A DNA stretch of 64,000 nucleotides from Acidimicrobiales bacterium (GCA_965209115.1 CBDBQD010000001.1:843154-907153), one strand, 5' to 3'. Shown: positions 27,719 through 39,236, counted from the stretch's first letter. The notes: generated from the sequence alone by a model not told the origin. Made by a program: numbers and translations.

Positions 27719-30700
27719 GTGGCTCGGCATCCACCACGTGAGGCCGCGCGCCGACGATGCTACGGCGGTGGCGCGAACTGCCATCGGGACGTGCTCTGCG
27801 GAGCGGTCTCGGCATTGGGCCGGGCGGGGGGCGCCGGCTTGAGGCACGCGGTGAAGGTCGGCGGCGCCGGCGGCCGGCGCGCGCCGGATCTGACGGATCC
27901 CGGCACGGACGCGGCTCGCGGCGCGACGCGGATCCAGGTGCGCAGCGCCGACGACCCCGAGGAGCGGCGCATCCTGGACGCGGCCGCCCAACTGGGGGTG
28001 ACGGGTCTCACCGGCTGCCGACGCTGGACGGTGTACCACCTCGAGGGGCAACTCGGCTCCGCCGACGTGGCTCGGCTCTGCGCGGAGGTTCTGGTGGATC
28101 CCGTCACCGACGAGGTCGCCGTCGGCGAGCCGGTCGCCGCGGAGCGGGTGGTGGAGGTGGCGCCCATCGCGGGCGTGACCGACGGTGCGGCGCGGGAACT
28201 GGAGCGGGCGGCCGCAGTCTTGGGCCTACCGGCGCTGCGAGCAGCCACCGCTCGCCGCTATGAACTGAGCGGCGATCTCGACGATGAGGACGTCGCCGTG
28301 CTGACGCAGCGCCTGCTCGCCAACCCGACCATCGAGCGGAGCGGCAGCGGCGAGCTGGCGCCCTCGTTCTCGCCCATGTGGGAGGTGGCACCGGCTGCGC
28401 CGCCCGTGCCTCTGATCGGCCTGGATGACGGGCGACTGGCCGGGTTGAGCCGGCAGCGGGTGCTGTCGCTGGACGTGACCGAGATGCGAGCCATCCGCGA
28501 CCACTTCGCGTCGTGTGGGCGCGACCCCACCGATGCCGAACTCGAGACCCTGGCGCAGGCCTGGTCGGAGCACTGCGTCCACAAGACGTTCAAGGCTGAG
28601 ATCCACCTCACCCATAGGTGCGCCGACGGCCGCGTCGAGGTGAAGCGCCATGACGGCCTGCTCGACGCCCTGCGACGGGCGACGGCCGAGCTCGACGCGG
28701 GCTGGCTGCGCTCGGTCTTCGTCGACAACGCCGGCATCGTCGCCTTCGACGACGAGCTGGACCTCGCTGTCAAGGTCGAGACCCACAACCACCCGTCCGC
28801 TCTGGAACCCTTCGGCGGGGCGAACACCGGTGTCGGCGGTGTGGTGCGCGACGTCATGGGGGTCTCGGCCCGGCCCATCGCCTGCACCGACGTGCTGTGC
28901 TTCGGCCCCGAAGACCTCGCCGAGGCCGACCTCCCCGCCGGCGTGCTGCATCCCCGCCGCATCCGCGACGGGGTCGTGGCCGGCATCGGCGACTACGGCA
29001 ACAAGCTGGGCCTGCCCACCGTCAACGGCGCCGTGCTGTACGACCCCGGCTACGTGGGGAACCCGCTGGTGTTCTGCGGGGCGCTGGGTCTGCTGCCCAG
29101 GGATTCGCATCCCACCGCCCCCCGGGCCGGTGACCGGATCGTCGTCATCGGCGGACGGACCGGCCGCGACGGCATCGGCGGCGCCACCTTCTCCTCGGCC
29201 GGGCTGGACGCCTCGGTTGTGGACCGGGCCGGCGCGGCCGTGCAGATCGGCGATCCGATCGTCCAGAAGGGCTGCATCGAGGTGATCGAGCGTGCCCGAG
29301 ATCTCAGTCTGTACAACGCCATCACCGACTGCGGTGCCGGCGGGCTGTCCTCGGCGGTGGGGGAGATGGGCGCCGACTTGGGAGCCGAGGTCGATCTGGC
29401 GACGGTGCCGCTCAAGTATCCGGGCCTGCTGCCTTGGGAGATCTGGCTGTCTGAGGCCCAGGAGCGCATGGTGCTGGCCGTGCCCGCCGAGAAGCTCGCA
29501 CCGCTGCGGGATCTCTGCGCGGGCTGGGAGGTGGAGCTGAGCGACATCGGCTCGTTCACGTCCTCGGGGCGGCTGGTGGTGCGCCATGGCGCCTGCGACG
29601 TGATCGACCTGTCCATGGAGTTCCTGCACCACGGCCTGCCGAGGCGGACCCTCGTGGCCGAGCACCGCGATCCGGCCACCGAGCCGATCACGACCGGCTC
29701 GCCGCCCGCGATCGACAACCAGAAGCTGCTCCTGGATCTTCTGGCCCATCCCAATGTCGCCTCCCGCGAGTCGATCGTCCGCAGCTTCGACCACGAGGTC
29801 AGGGGCGGGACCGTGGTGCGCCCGTTCGCCGGCCCCGCTGCCGACGGTCCGACCGACGCGGCAGTGCTCAAACCTCTGGGCACCTGGCACCACGACAGGG
29901 CGGTGGCCCTGGCCGTCGGCATCAACCCGCGTCTCACCCCGCTGGATCCGTGGGCGATGGCGCTCTATGCCATCGACGAGGCCTTCCGCAACCTTGTGGC
30001 GGTCGGGGCGGACCCCGACCGGGTCGCCCTGCTCGACAACTTCTCCTGGGGCGACCCGACGAAACCCGACCGGCTGGGGTCCCTGGTGCGGGCCGTTCAG
30101 GGCTGCGTCGAAGGGGCTCACCGCTACCGGGCGCCGTTCGTCTCGGGGAAGGACAGCCTCTACAACGAATTCGACGGCCGGGCCGTTCTGGGCACACTGC
30201 TGATCTCCGCGGTCGGGTTCGTGCCGGATCTGCACCGGGTCGCCACGAGCGCCCTGACGTCCCCTGGCAGCGACCTGTGGCTGGTGGGACGAGGCTCCGA
30301 CCACTTGGGCGGATCCCTGGCGGCTGAAGTGCTGAGCCTCGGCGACGCCCGGGTGCCACCGCCGGTGGGGGATCCGCTGCCTCGCTACCGGGCGGTGCAC
30401 GACCTGATCGCGGCCGGGCACGTGCGCGCGGCCCATGACGTGAGCGACGGAGGGATAGCGGTCTCGCTGGCGGAGATGGCCATCGGCGGCCAACTCGGTC
30501 TCCGGGCGACCATCCCCGATGACGCCACCGACCCCGCAGCCCGAAGTCCCCTCGGCATGATTGCGGCCCTGGCCAACGAGGCGCCGGGGCAACTCGTGCT
30601 GGAAACCCGCGCGGCGGCGCGGGACGCGGTGGCGGCGAGGCTGGGCGCATTCGGCCGGCGCATCGGCACCGTGACCGGGAGCGGCGAGATCGAGATCCGT

Positions 30701-30814
30701 GTCGCTGACGGCGCAGGAGGCAGGTCTGCCGCCCCGGTCGGCATCTCGGGTCACGTGACGTTGGCGGTCGAGGACGCCAGGCGCGCCTTCGGGTGCCGCT
30801 CGCCGTCGCCATGA
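27719..30814 (+). CDS. purL: FGAM synthase subunit PurL with two N-terminal PurS-like modules (PurS-PurS-PurL fusion)
   Basis: PurL core (AQAWSEHCVHKTF, ETHNHPSALEPFGGA, GATFSS). It is preceded by two ~80-aa PurS-like units (IQVRSADD...EVLVDPVTDE and VEVAPIAGVTDGAAREL...RLLANPTIE). Start is uncertain: GTG 27719 or GTG 27851. Confidence 0.85.
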   Translation: MARHPPREAARRRCYGGGANCHRDVLCGAVSALGRAGGAGLRHAVKVGGAGGRRAPDLTDPGTDAARGATRIQVRSADDPEERRILDAAAQLGVTGLTGCRRWTVYHLEGQLGSADVARLCAEVLVDPVTDEVAVGEPVAAERVVEVAPIAGVTDGAARELERAAAVLGLPALRAATARRYELSGDLDDEDVAVLTQRLLANPTIERSGSGELAPSFSPMWEVAPAAPPVPLIGLDDGRLAGLSRQRVLSLDVTEMRAIRDHFASCGRDPTDAELETLAQAWSEHCVHKTFKAEIHLTHRCADGRVEVKRHDGLLDALRRATAELDAGWLRSVFVDNAGIVAFDDELDLAVKVETHNHPSALEPFGGANTGVGGVVRDVMGVSARPIACTDVLCFGPEDLAEADLPAGVLHPRRIRDGVVAGIGDYGNKLGLPTVNGAVLYDPGYVGNPLVFCGALGLLPRDSHPTAPRAGDRIVVIGGRTGRDGIGGATFSSAGLDASVVDRAGAAVQIGDPIVQKGCIEVIERARDLSLYNAITDCGAGGLSSAVGEMGADLGAEVDLATVPLKYPGLLPWEIWLSEAQERMVLAVPAEKLAPLRDLCAGWEVELSDIGSFTSSGRLVVRHGACDVIDLSMEFLHHGLPRRTLVAEHRDPATEPITTGSPPAIDNQKLLLDLLAHPNVASRESIVRSFDHEVRGGTVVRPFAGPAADGPTDAAVLKPLGTWHHDRAVALAVGINPRLTPLDPWAMALYAIDEAFRNLVAVGADPDRVALLDNFSWGDPTKPDRLGSLVRAVQGCVEGAHRYRAPFVSGKDSLYNEFDGRAVLGTLLISAVGFVPDLHRVATSALTSPGSDLWLVGRGSDHLGGSLAAEVLSLGDARVPPPVGDPLPRYRAVHDLIAAGHVRAAHDVSDGGIAVSLAEMAIGGQLGLRATIPDDATDPAARSPLGMIAALANEAPGQLVLETRAAARDAVAARLGAFGRRIGTVTGSGEIEIRVADGAGGRSAAPVGISGHVTLAVEDARRAFGCRSPSP

Positions 30815-31581
30815 GCCGTCCCCCGGTTCTGATCCCCCACGCGCCGGGCACCAACCGCGACGCGGAGGCGGCCCTGGCGGTTATGGCCGCCGGCGGCGAC
30901 CCCCGGATCGTCGCCGTGAACGAGCTGAGGAAGCGGCCGTCAGGATTGTCCGACTACGGGGCCGTACTGCTGCCGGGCGGGTTCTCCTATGGCGACGCCC
31001 TGGGCGCCGGTGGGCGCCTGGCGCTGGAGTTGCGGGCCTGGTTCGGGGCTGAGCTGCGCGAGTTCGCACGGTCGGGGAAGCCGGTTCTGGGCATCTGCAA
31101 CGGCTTCCAGACCCTTGTGAAGTCGGGACTGCTCGGGCCTCGCTCCTTCACACTGGCGGCCAATGCCGGCGGCCGCTTCGAGTGCCGCTGGGTCACCCTC
31201 CGCGTCGAGCCGGGCTGCAGGTCGGGCTGGCTGGGGCGCCTGGGGGGATCGACGATCCGCTGCCCCGTGGCGCACGGCGAGGGACGGCTGGCGGTGACCG
31301 ATCCCGGTGTGGTGGCCGAACTGGAGCAGGCGGGGCGGATCGCCTTCCGGTACCTGGATTCGGGATCCGAGGGAGGCGCCGCCGACGTCGCAGCCGGCGC
31401 CCATCCGGCCAACCCCAACGGGTCGGTCGACGACATCGCCGGGATGTGCGACCCGACCGGCGCCGTGGTCGGTCTGATGCCCCACCCCGAGGATCACATC
31501 GCCGACTGGCAGAGGCCCTCGGGTCCCCCCGGAGCGCGAGGGTCGGCACTCTTCGAGGCCTTCGTGGCGGCGGCCCGATGA
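30811..31581 (+). CDS. purQ: FGAM synthase glutamine amidotransferase subunit
   Basis: GATase motif GICNGFQ and HGEGR. ATG 30811 overlaps the purL stop (ATGA). Confidence 0.9.
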   Translation: MSRPPVLIPHAPGTNRDAEAALAVMAAGGDPRIVAVNELRKRPSGLSDYGAVLLPGGFSYGDALGAGGRLALELRAWFGAELREFARSGKPVLGICNGFQTLVKSGLLGPRSFTLAANAGGRFECRWVTLRVEPGCRSGWLGRLGGSTIRCPVAHGEGRLAVTDPGVVAELEQAGRIAFRYLDSGSEGGAADVAAGAHPANPNGSVDDIAGMCDPTGAVVGLMPHPEDHIADWQRPSGPPGARGSALFEAFVAAAR

Positions 31582-32567
31582 CCGTCGTCGCCGCGAACAC
31601 GTACGCCTTCGAGGGCCTGCCCGACGAGGTGGCCGCCGGGTTGGGGCCGATGCGGCGGGGCAAGGTGCGCGACGTGATCGACCTGGGCGACCGCCTGGCA
31701 CTCGTGGCAACCGACCGGCTCTCGGCCTTCGACCAGGTGCTGGGGCTGGTGCCGCACCGCGGCCAGATCCTCAACCAGCTCTCCGCCTGGTGGTTCGAGC
31801 GGCTCGCCGACCTCGTGCCGCCGCACATCGTGGCCGTGGTCGACCCCAATGTCTCGATCGTGGAGAAGTGCGATCCGCTGCCCGTCGAGGTGGTGGTGCG
31901 GAGCCGGCTCACCGGCACCACGTCCACGTCGCTCTGGACGCGGTACGAGTCCGGCCGGCGCCGCATCGACGGGATCGACTTCAGGGACGGGATGGTCAAG
32001 AACGATCCGCTGCCGTGCCCCGTCATCACCCCGACCACCAAGGCCCGCAGCGGCCATGACCAGCCGCTGAGCGAGGCCGATGTCATCTCGGGCGGCTGGG
32101 TCGGCGCCGAGCGTTGGGACCAGGTCCGCACCGTCGCGCTGGAGTTGTTCGACAGGGGTCAGCAGACGGCGCAGGCTGCCGGCCTGGTCCTCGTCGACAC
32201 CAAGTACGAGTTCGGGATCGGCCCGGGCGATCGGCTGACGCTGATCGACGAGGTGCACACGCCGGACTCGTCGCGCTTCTGGCGGCTCGCCACTGTCGAG
32301 TCTCGCCGTCAGGCCGGGCTCGAACCCGAGAACCTGGACAAGGAGATCGTGCGCCTCGCCTATGCCGCCGCGGGATATCGCGGCGAGGGCACTCCCGAGC
32401 CGCTCAGCGACACGCTGGCAGCGGAGACGGCGGTGGCCTACCGGCAGGTGTTCGAGGCGCTGACCGGGGCTCCGCTCCAACCCGCCCCCTACCCGGCCGA
32501 GTCCCGGATCGCGGCCGCCGTGGCGACGTCTCCCCATGCGCGCCGGGTCGGCAACGGTGCGCGATGA
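31578..32567 (+). CDS. purC: SAICAR synthetase
   Basis: 329 aa. GKVRDV..., ATDRLSAFD and LVDTKYEFG motifs. ATG 31578 overlaps the purQ stop (ATGA). Confidence 0.9.
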   Translation: MTVVAANTYAFEGLPDEVAAGLGPMRRGKVRDVIDLGDRLALVATDRLSAFDQVLGLVPHRGQILNQLSAWWFERLADLVPPHIVAVVDPNVSIVEKCDPLPVEVVVRSRLTGTTSTSLWTRYESGRRRIDGIDFRDGMVKNDPLPCPVITPTTKARSGHDQPLSEADVISGGWVGAERWDQVRTVALELFDRGQQTAQAAGLVLVDTKYEFGIGPGDRLTLIDEVHTPDSSRFWRLATVESRRQAGLEPENLDKEIVRLAYAAAGYRGEGTPEPLSDTLAAETAVAYRQVFEALTGAPLQPAPYPAESRIAAAVATSPHARRVGNGAR

Positions 32568-33178
32568 TGCCCGCGTCGATGGCTGCAGGCAGCGATCCGG
32601 GCTCGGAGCCTGACCGGCCGAAGGGCGTCCGATCGAGCGCTCAGCCCGGCGCGCGACCGGGCGCGGCGCAGGAGACCGGCTCAGCGCTGGTGGGGGTGGT
32701 CATGGGCAGCGACTCGGACTGGGCCACGATGCGCCGCTGCTCCGAGGTGCTCGGGGACTTCGGCGTCGCCCACGAGCGCCGGGTCGTGTCCGCACATCGC
32801 ACCCCCGACCTGCTGATGGAGTACGCCGAGAGCGCCGAGGACCGTGGCCTGCAGGTGATCGTCGCCGGCGCCGGGGGAGCCGCCCACCTGCCGGGGATGC
32901 TGGCCGCGCAGACGATCGTGCCCGTCATCGGCGTGCCGGTCACGAGCCGGGCCCTCAACGGCATCGACTCGCTGCTGTCGATCGTGCAGATGCCCGCCGG
33001 CGTGCCGGTGGCCACGATGGCGATCGGCGAGGCGGGCGCCGCCAACGCCGCGCTGCTGGCGGTGGCCATGCTGGCCCGCCGCGATCCCGATCTCGCCGCT
33101 CGCCTGATCGCCTACCGGGCCGACCGGGCCGCGCAGGTCCGGGCCACGGAACTCGACCCTTCCGAGGCCGCCCAGTGA
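32564..33178 (+). CDS. purE: N5-CAIR mutase
   Basis: [18 protein letters not shown] and AGGAAHLPG motifs. ATG 32564 overlaps the purC stop (ATGA). Confidence 0.9.
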   Translation: MMPASMAAGSDPGSEPDRPKGVRSSAQPGARPGAAQETGSALVGVVMGSDSDWATMRRCSEVLGDFGVAHERRVVSAHRTPDLLMEYAESAEDRGLQVIVAGAGGAAHLPGMLAAQTIVPVIGVPVTSRALNGIDSLLSIVQMPAGVPVATMAIGEAGAANAALLAVAMLARRDPDLAARLIAYRADRAAQVRATELDPSEAAQ

Positions 33179-33189
33179 TGCCTGGACCA

Positions 33190-33441
33190 CTCTTCCTGTC
33201 GTCCCGGCTCCTCCTGTCGTCCCGGCTCTTCCCGTCGTCTCGGCTCTTCCCGTCGTCTCGGCTCTTCCCGTCGTCTCGGCTCTTCCCGTCGTCTCGGCTC
33301 CTCCTGTCGTCTCGGCTCTTCCCGTCGTCTCGGCTCTTCCCGTCGTCTCGGCTCTTCCCGTCGTCCCGGCTCTTCCCGTCGTCCCGGCTCTTCCCGTCGT
33401 CCCGGCTCTTCCCGTCATCCCGGCTCTTCCCGTCATCCCGG
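33190..33441 (+). repeat. 18-bp minisatellite, 14 tandem copies (consensus ctcttcccgtcgtcYcgg)
   Basis: Units counted by hand from 33190; six variant unit types. The last unit is the left arm of the REP hairpin at 33431-33460. Confidence 0.9.
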
Positions 33442-33460
33442 CGAAGGCCGGGATCCATCG
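33431..33460 (+). repeat. REP-like palindromic element, copy 3
   Basis: cgtcatcccggc-gaag-gccgggatccatcg with an 8-bp stem at 33435-33442 / 33447-33454. Confidence 0.6.
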
Positions 33461-33476
33461 TCCAGCGACCCGGTCC

Positions 33477-34688
33477 ATGCCTGCCGTGGACCCGGCGGGC
33501 TTCCCGACGGCGTGGCAGATCGGGCGGGGTGTCGTGAGCGTGCTCGTGCCGCCCGCGGTGATCGGCATCGTCGGCGGCGGTCAGTTGGGCCGGATGCTGG
33601 CGCAGGTGGCGCAGCGCCGCGGCTACCGGACCGCCGTGCTGACAGGGGGCGGCGAGGGGACTCCGGCCGGCGCAGTCGCCGACATCGAGATAGACGCCCC
33701 GTTCGGCGACGCCGGCGCCGTGCAGCGTCTCGTGGCCTGTGCCGACGTCATCACCTGGGAACTGGAGGACGTGGACCTGGGCGTGGCCGACGCTGCGGCC
33801 GACGCCGGGGTTCCGGTCCGACCCCGGCCCCAGGTGATGGCAACCGCAGCCGACCGCGCCCTTGAGAAGCGGGCCCTCACCGACGCCGGCGTGCCGGTGG
33901 CGCCGTATCGGGAGGCGACCGGCCCGTCCGAGTTGGCCGCCGCTCTGGGAGCTCTACACGGTCCGGTGATCGTGAAGACAGCCCGCGGCGGCTACGACGG
34001 CAAGGGCCAGGTTCGCGTGCCTGCCGCCGAGCCGGGCCCTGAGCGGGCCGCCCCCGCCGCCGAGGTGTTCCGGCGCCTGGGTTCGGTCCGGCTGATAGCG
34101 GAGCAGGAAGTTCCGTTCGACCGGGAGGTGTCGGTCGTCGTGGCCCGGTCCGCAAACGGCGCGATCGCCGATCACGGCGTCATGGAGAACGTCCACGTGG
34201 ACGGGATCCTCGATCTGACCGCGGTTCCGGCACGGCTGCCGCAGGAGGTGGCCGCCACCGCGGTCGGTATCGCCGGCCACCTGGCCCACCACCTCGACGT
34301 GGTCGGGGTGCTCTGCGTCGAGATGTTCGTGGTAGGTGCCGAACTCGTCGTCAACGAGATCGCCCCCCGCCCCCACAACAGCGGCCACTGCACGATCGAG
34401 GCGGCAGCCGCCGGCCAGTTCGAGCAGCAGCTCCGGGCCGTCTGCGGGTTGCCGCTGGGCGACGGAACCTGCCGGCCGGCCGCAATGGCGCAACTCTTGG
34501 GCGACCTCTGGGCCGGTGGCGAACCGCGCTGGTCGGAGGTATTGACCGACCCCGGGGTCCACCTGCATCTCTACGGCAAGCGCGACGCACGGCCGGGCCG
34601 CAAGATGGGCCATCTCACCTGCGTCGAGGTGACGCCCGAGCTGGCGCTGAAGCGGGTCCTGGCGGCCCGGGAGAGGCTGGCCTCATGA
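33477..34688 (+). CDS. purK: N5-CAIR synthase (ATP-grasp)
   Basis: IGIVGGGQLGRM N-terminus and an ATP-grasp body. ATG 33477 is the outermost start. In-frame GTG 33534 gives a more typical N-terminus and overlaps the stop of the repeat ORF (GTGA). Confidence 0.85.
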   Translation: MPAVDPAGFPTAWQIGRGVVSVLVPPAVIGIVGGGQLGRMLAQVAQRRGYRTAVLTGGGEGTPAGAVADIEIDAPFGDAGAVQRLVACADVITWELEDVDLGVADAAADAGVPVRPRPQVMATAADRALEKRALTDAGVPVAPYREATGPSELAAALGALHGPVIVKTARGGYDGKGQVRVPAAEPGPERAAPAAEVFRRLGSVRLIAEQEVPFDREVSVVVARSANGAIADHGVMENVHVDGILDLTAVPARLPQEVAATAVGIAGHLAHHLDVVGVLCVEMFVVGAELVVNEIAPRPHNSGHCTIEAAAAGQFEQQLRAVCGLPLGDGTCRPAAMAQLLGDLWAGGEPRWSEVLTDPGVHLHLYGKRDARPGRKMGHLTCVEVTPELALKRVLAARERLAS

Positions 34689-36112
34689 TCGGCCCCGCCG
34701 GCGACACCCCCCGGGAGGAATGCGGCGTCGTCGGCGTGTACGCGCCCGGCCGCCACGCCGCCCGGATCGCCTTCTTCGGCCTGCACAGCCTCCAGCATCG
34801 TGGCCAGGAGGCATGCGGGATCGCCAGTTGCGACCGGGGAGCGGTCCATCTGCACCGCGGCCCGGGCCTCGTCGGGTCGGTCTTCAATGAGGACAACCTC
34901 TCGACTCTCCGGGGTGAGGCCGCCATCGGCCACAACCGCTACAGCACCACCGGCGCCTCGGCGCTGCGCAACATCCAGCCGCAGGTGATCGAGACCATCG
35001 ACGGGCCGCTGGCGGTGGCCCACAACGGCAACCTGGTCAACGCGCCGCAGCTCCGGCGGGATCTCCTGGAGAGCGGTGTGGGGCTTCAGACGTCCTCGGA
35101 CACGGAGCTGATCGTGCAACTGCTGGTGGTCGCAGCCGGTGGCTGGCTCAGCCGGATCCGGGGACTGATGGCGCAGCTGGAGGGCGCCTACTCCCTGACC
35201 ATCCTGACCCGTGACGCCGTCTACGGGGTGCGGGACCCGCGCGGCTTCCGCCCGCTGGTGATGGGCCGGCTCGACGACGGCTGGGTGCTGGCCTCGGAGA
35301 GTTGCGCACTCTCGGTCGTCGGGGCCACCTTCGCCGGCGAGGTGGCGCCGGGGCAGATCGTGCGGCTCGACGCCGGCGGCATGACGCTCGAGCAGGGTGC
35401 GCATCCCGAACAGCCGGCCTTCTGCACCTTCGAGCAGATCTACTTCTCGCGGCCCGACACGCACCACGGCGGCTCGCTGGTCCACGCGGTGCGGCAGCGC
35501 CTCGGCGCCAAACTCGCCGTCGAGGCTCCCGCCGAGGCGGATCTGGTGGCACCGGTGCCCGACTCGGGGACGCCGCAGGCTGTGGGATACGCCCAGCAGT
35601 CGGGGCTGCCCTACACCGACGGGCTCATCAAGAACCGCTATGTCGGCCGCACGTTCATCGAACCCACCCAGGAGCAGCGCGAGGCGGGCGTGGCCATGAA
35701 GTTCAACCCGCTCGGCGACAACGTGGCGGGCAAGCGGGTGGTGCTGGTCGACGACTCGATCGTGCGGGGAACCACGTCAGGCCCGCTCGTGCGGATGCTG
35801 CGGGACGCAGGGGCGCTCGAGGTCCACGTGCGGGTGGCCTGCCCTCCGATCACCGACCCCTGCCACATGGGTGTCGACATGGCGGTCAAGCAGGAGTTGA
35901 TCGCATCGGAGCGGTCGATTCCCGAGATCTGCGATCACATCGGCGCCGACTCGCTGGCGTACCTGTCGCTGGAGGGCATGATGGAGGCGCTGGAAGCCGC
36001 CGACGGCTACTGCAACGCCTGCTTCACCGGCGTCTACCCGTTCGAGCCCGAGACGTTCGTGCAGCTCGAACTCGGTTCCAAGAACCAGTTCGCCTCGGTC
36101 TGGGGCGACTGA
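34685..36112 (+). CDS. purF: Amidophosphoribosyltransferase
   Basis: N-terminal nucleophile context CGVVGV and PRTase motif VVLVDDSIVRGTT. ATG 34685 overlaps the purK stop (ATGA). Confidence 0.9.
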   Translation: MIGPAGDTPREECGVVGVYAPGRHAARIAFFGLHSLQHRGQEACGIASCDRGAVHLHRGPGLVGSVFNEDNLSTLRGEAAIGHNRYSTTGASALRNIQPQVIETIDGPLAVAHNGNLVNAPQLRRDLLESGVGLQTSSDTELIVQLLVVAAGGWLSRIRGLMAQLEGAYSLTILTRDAVYGVRDPRGFRPLVMGRLDDGWVLASESCALSVVGATFAGEVAPGQIVRLDAGGMTLEQGAHPEQPAFCTFEQIYFSRPDTHHGGSLVHAVRQRLGAKLAVEAPAEADLVAPVPDSGTPQAVGYAQQSGLPYTDGLIKNRYVGRTFIEPTQEQREAGVAMKFNPLGDNVAGKRVVLVDDSIVRGTTSGPLVRMLRDAGALEVHVRVACPPITDPCHMGVDMAVKQELIASERSIPEICDHIGADSLAYLSLEGMMEALEAADGYCNACFTGVYPFEPETFVQLELGSKNQFASVWGD

Positions 36113-36175
36113 TGTGCGGTCGATGGCGGACCTCGCTGCCGTGAGGTCGGGCCGCAGACCGGAGCGGAACCGGTC

Positions 36176-37458
36176 GTGAGCTGCGTCCTGGTTGTGGGCG
36201 GCGGCGGCCGCGAGCACGCTCTGGTTTGGGCGCTGAGCAGCTCCCCGAGCGTCGACCGGCTGCTGGTGGCGCCGGGCAACCCCGGGACCGCCGGCTGCGA
36301 CCGGACCGAGAACGTGGCCATCCCGGCGGGCGACATCGACGGGCTGGTGGCGCTGTGCCGCCGCGAGTCGGTCGACCTCGCGGTGATCGGCCCGGAGGAC
36401 CCGCTTGCGGCGGGCATCGTGGACGCGCTCGCATCCGCCGGGGTGGCCGCCTTCGGCCCCAGCGCCGCCTGCGCCCGGCTCGAGGCCTCCAAGGCCTACT
36501 GCAAGCGGTTCCTGATCGACAACGGGATACCGACCGCCGCCGCCGAGGTGTTCGAAGATCCCGATTCCGCCCTCGCCCACCTCGCCTCGCGGCCCGATGT
36601 GCCGGTGGTCAAGGCCTCGGGCCTGGCGGCCGGCAAGGGCGTCATCGTCCCCGAGACCGAAGCCGAGGCGGCCGGCGCGGTGAGAGCCATGCTCACCGAG
36701 CGACGATTCGGATCCGCCGGCGAGCAGATCCTTCTGGAGGAGCGCCTCTGGGGCCGCGAGGTGTCGGTTCTGGCCTTCTGCGACGGCGAGAGGTTCGCCG
36801 TGCTGCCCCCCGCACAGGACCACAAGCGGCTGCGTGCGGGCGACGAGGGGCCGAACACCGGCGGCATGGGCGCCTTCACACCCTCGCCCGCCACCGACGA
36901 CCGGTTGATCGACCAGATCGGAAGGCAGGTCATCGCTCCGACGCTCGCCGCGCTGGGGCGGGCCGGAACCCCCTACCGGGGACTGCTCTATGCGGGGCTG
37001 ATGATCACCGACGACGGGCCGAAGGTGATCGAGTTCAACTGCCGCTTCGGTGACCCGGAGACGCAGGCGGTGATCAGGCTGCTGCGCAGCGACCTCTTCG
37101 AAGTCCTGGCCGCCTGCGCCACCGGATCGCTCCGCGGTGTCGCCGTCGAATGGGTGCCGGCGGCCTCGGTTGCGATCGTCATGGCCTCTGCGGGCTATCC
37201 GGCCGCTGGAAGCGACCCGGTCCCGATCTACGGCCTCGACGTCGCCGAACACGAGGAGGGTTGCGTGGTCTTCCACGCGGGCACCGGAGTCATCGACGGG
37301 GCGCTGCACGCCACCGGCGGCCGGGTCCTGGCGGTGACGGCGACCGGGCCCGACGTGGCGACCGCCTCCACCAAGGCATACCGCGGGGTCGCCTCCATCG
37401 GCTTCGCCGGCGCCCAGCACCGGTCCGACATCGGGCGCGCACGAGCCGGGGTGCACCC

Positions 37459-37462
<4 letters not shown>
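36176..37462 (+). CDS. purD: Phosphoribosylamine-glycine ligase
   Basis: VLVVGGGGREHAL, an ATP-grasp core and EFNCRFGDPE. Confidence 0.9.
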
Positions 37463-38519
<1,057 letters not shown>

Positions 38520-38523
<4 letters not shown>

Positions 38524-39212
38524 CGGGCCGGCTGGTGGTGATGGCCTCCGGGGCCGGCACCAACCTGGGTGCGATCCTCGACGCCGTCGCCGCGGGCCGC
38601 CTCGATGCCGAAGTTGCAGCGGTGATCATCAACCGGCGAACCGCCGGGGCCCGCCTGCTGGCCGAGCGGGCCGGAGTCCCGGTTCACTACCGGCCGCTGG
38701 CGCCCTATCGCAATGAGACTCGGCCGCCGCCCGAGCAGAGATCCCCGAGCTCAACGGCTGGAGTCGCGTGCGGTTGGGATCCGACGGCGGGTCGGCGTCG
38801 CTACGACGCCGACCTGGCCGAACTGGTGGCGAGTGCCGAACCCGATCTCGTGGTCCTGGCCGGTTGGATGCACCTGCTGTCGTCGGACTTCCTCGGGCGT
38901 TTCCCGAATCGGGTCATCAACCTGCACCCGGCACTGCCCGGCGAGTTCCCCGGCTCCGTCGCCATCGGCGACGCCTGGGCTGCCTTCGAAGCCGGGCGAA
39001 TCAGCCGAACGGGTGTCATGGTTCACTTCGTGCCGGACGAGGGAGTCGACAACGGTCCGCTCATCGCAGCCCAAGAGGTGCCCATCGGGCCCGTCGACAC
39101 GCTGGCAGCGCTGCGCCGGCGGATCCGAGCGGTCGAGCACGACCTGATCGTGCGCGCAATCGCCGAGACGCTGGCCGCGCGGGCTGTGCCGCTGGTCGCC
39201 TCGCTACCCTGA
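38520..39212 (+). CDS. purN: GAR formyltransferase
   Basis: VVMASGAGTNL and INLHPALPGEFPG motifs. GTG 38520 overlaps the purM stop (GTGA). Confidence 0.9.
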
Positions 39213-39236
39213 GCCGGCTGCTCGGGAGGCGACGGG

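Noticed and set aside
27685-27860. ZTP/purine-type riboswitch or leader upstream of the pur operon
   Set aside because: I could not find the pfl/ZTP core (GGGUCGUGA...CCGCCUGGGCA) or a purine-riboswitch junction. There is only a small cgccc-cggttc-gggcg hairpin, consistent with the end of the ankyrin gene. A covariance-model scan would be decisive.
28226-30754. 842-aa minus ORF antisense to purL. The same applies to 2781-4349, 6019-7515, 35777-37456, 42198-43598, 44149-45387, 47072-48223, 48339-49799 and 53712-55424 (+).
   Set aside because: All are opposite to, or out of frame with, genes that carry unambiguous family motifs, and all show the Arg/Pro/Gly/His bias of non-coding frames in GC-rich sequence.
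33190-33441. Tandem 18-bp array considered as a CRISPR array
   Set aside because: The units are contiguous with no spacers. The period (18 bp) is far below CRISPR repeat-plus-spacer size. No cas genes are nearby. It is a minisatellite.
32681-33568. Minus-strand ORFs translating the minisatellite as GRAETTGRAGTT... (32681-33568 and 32955-33458)
   Set aside because: They are open only because an 18-nt period has no stops in any frame, and they run antisense through purE. There is no start or RBS logic. Only the + strand bridge ORF has positional logic, and that is reported as a hypothesis.
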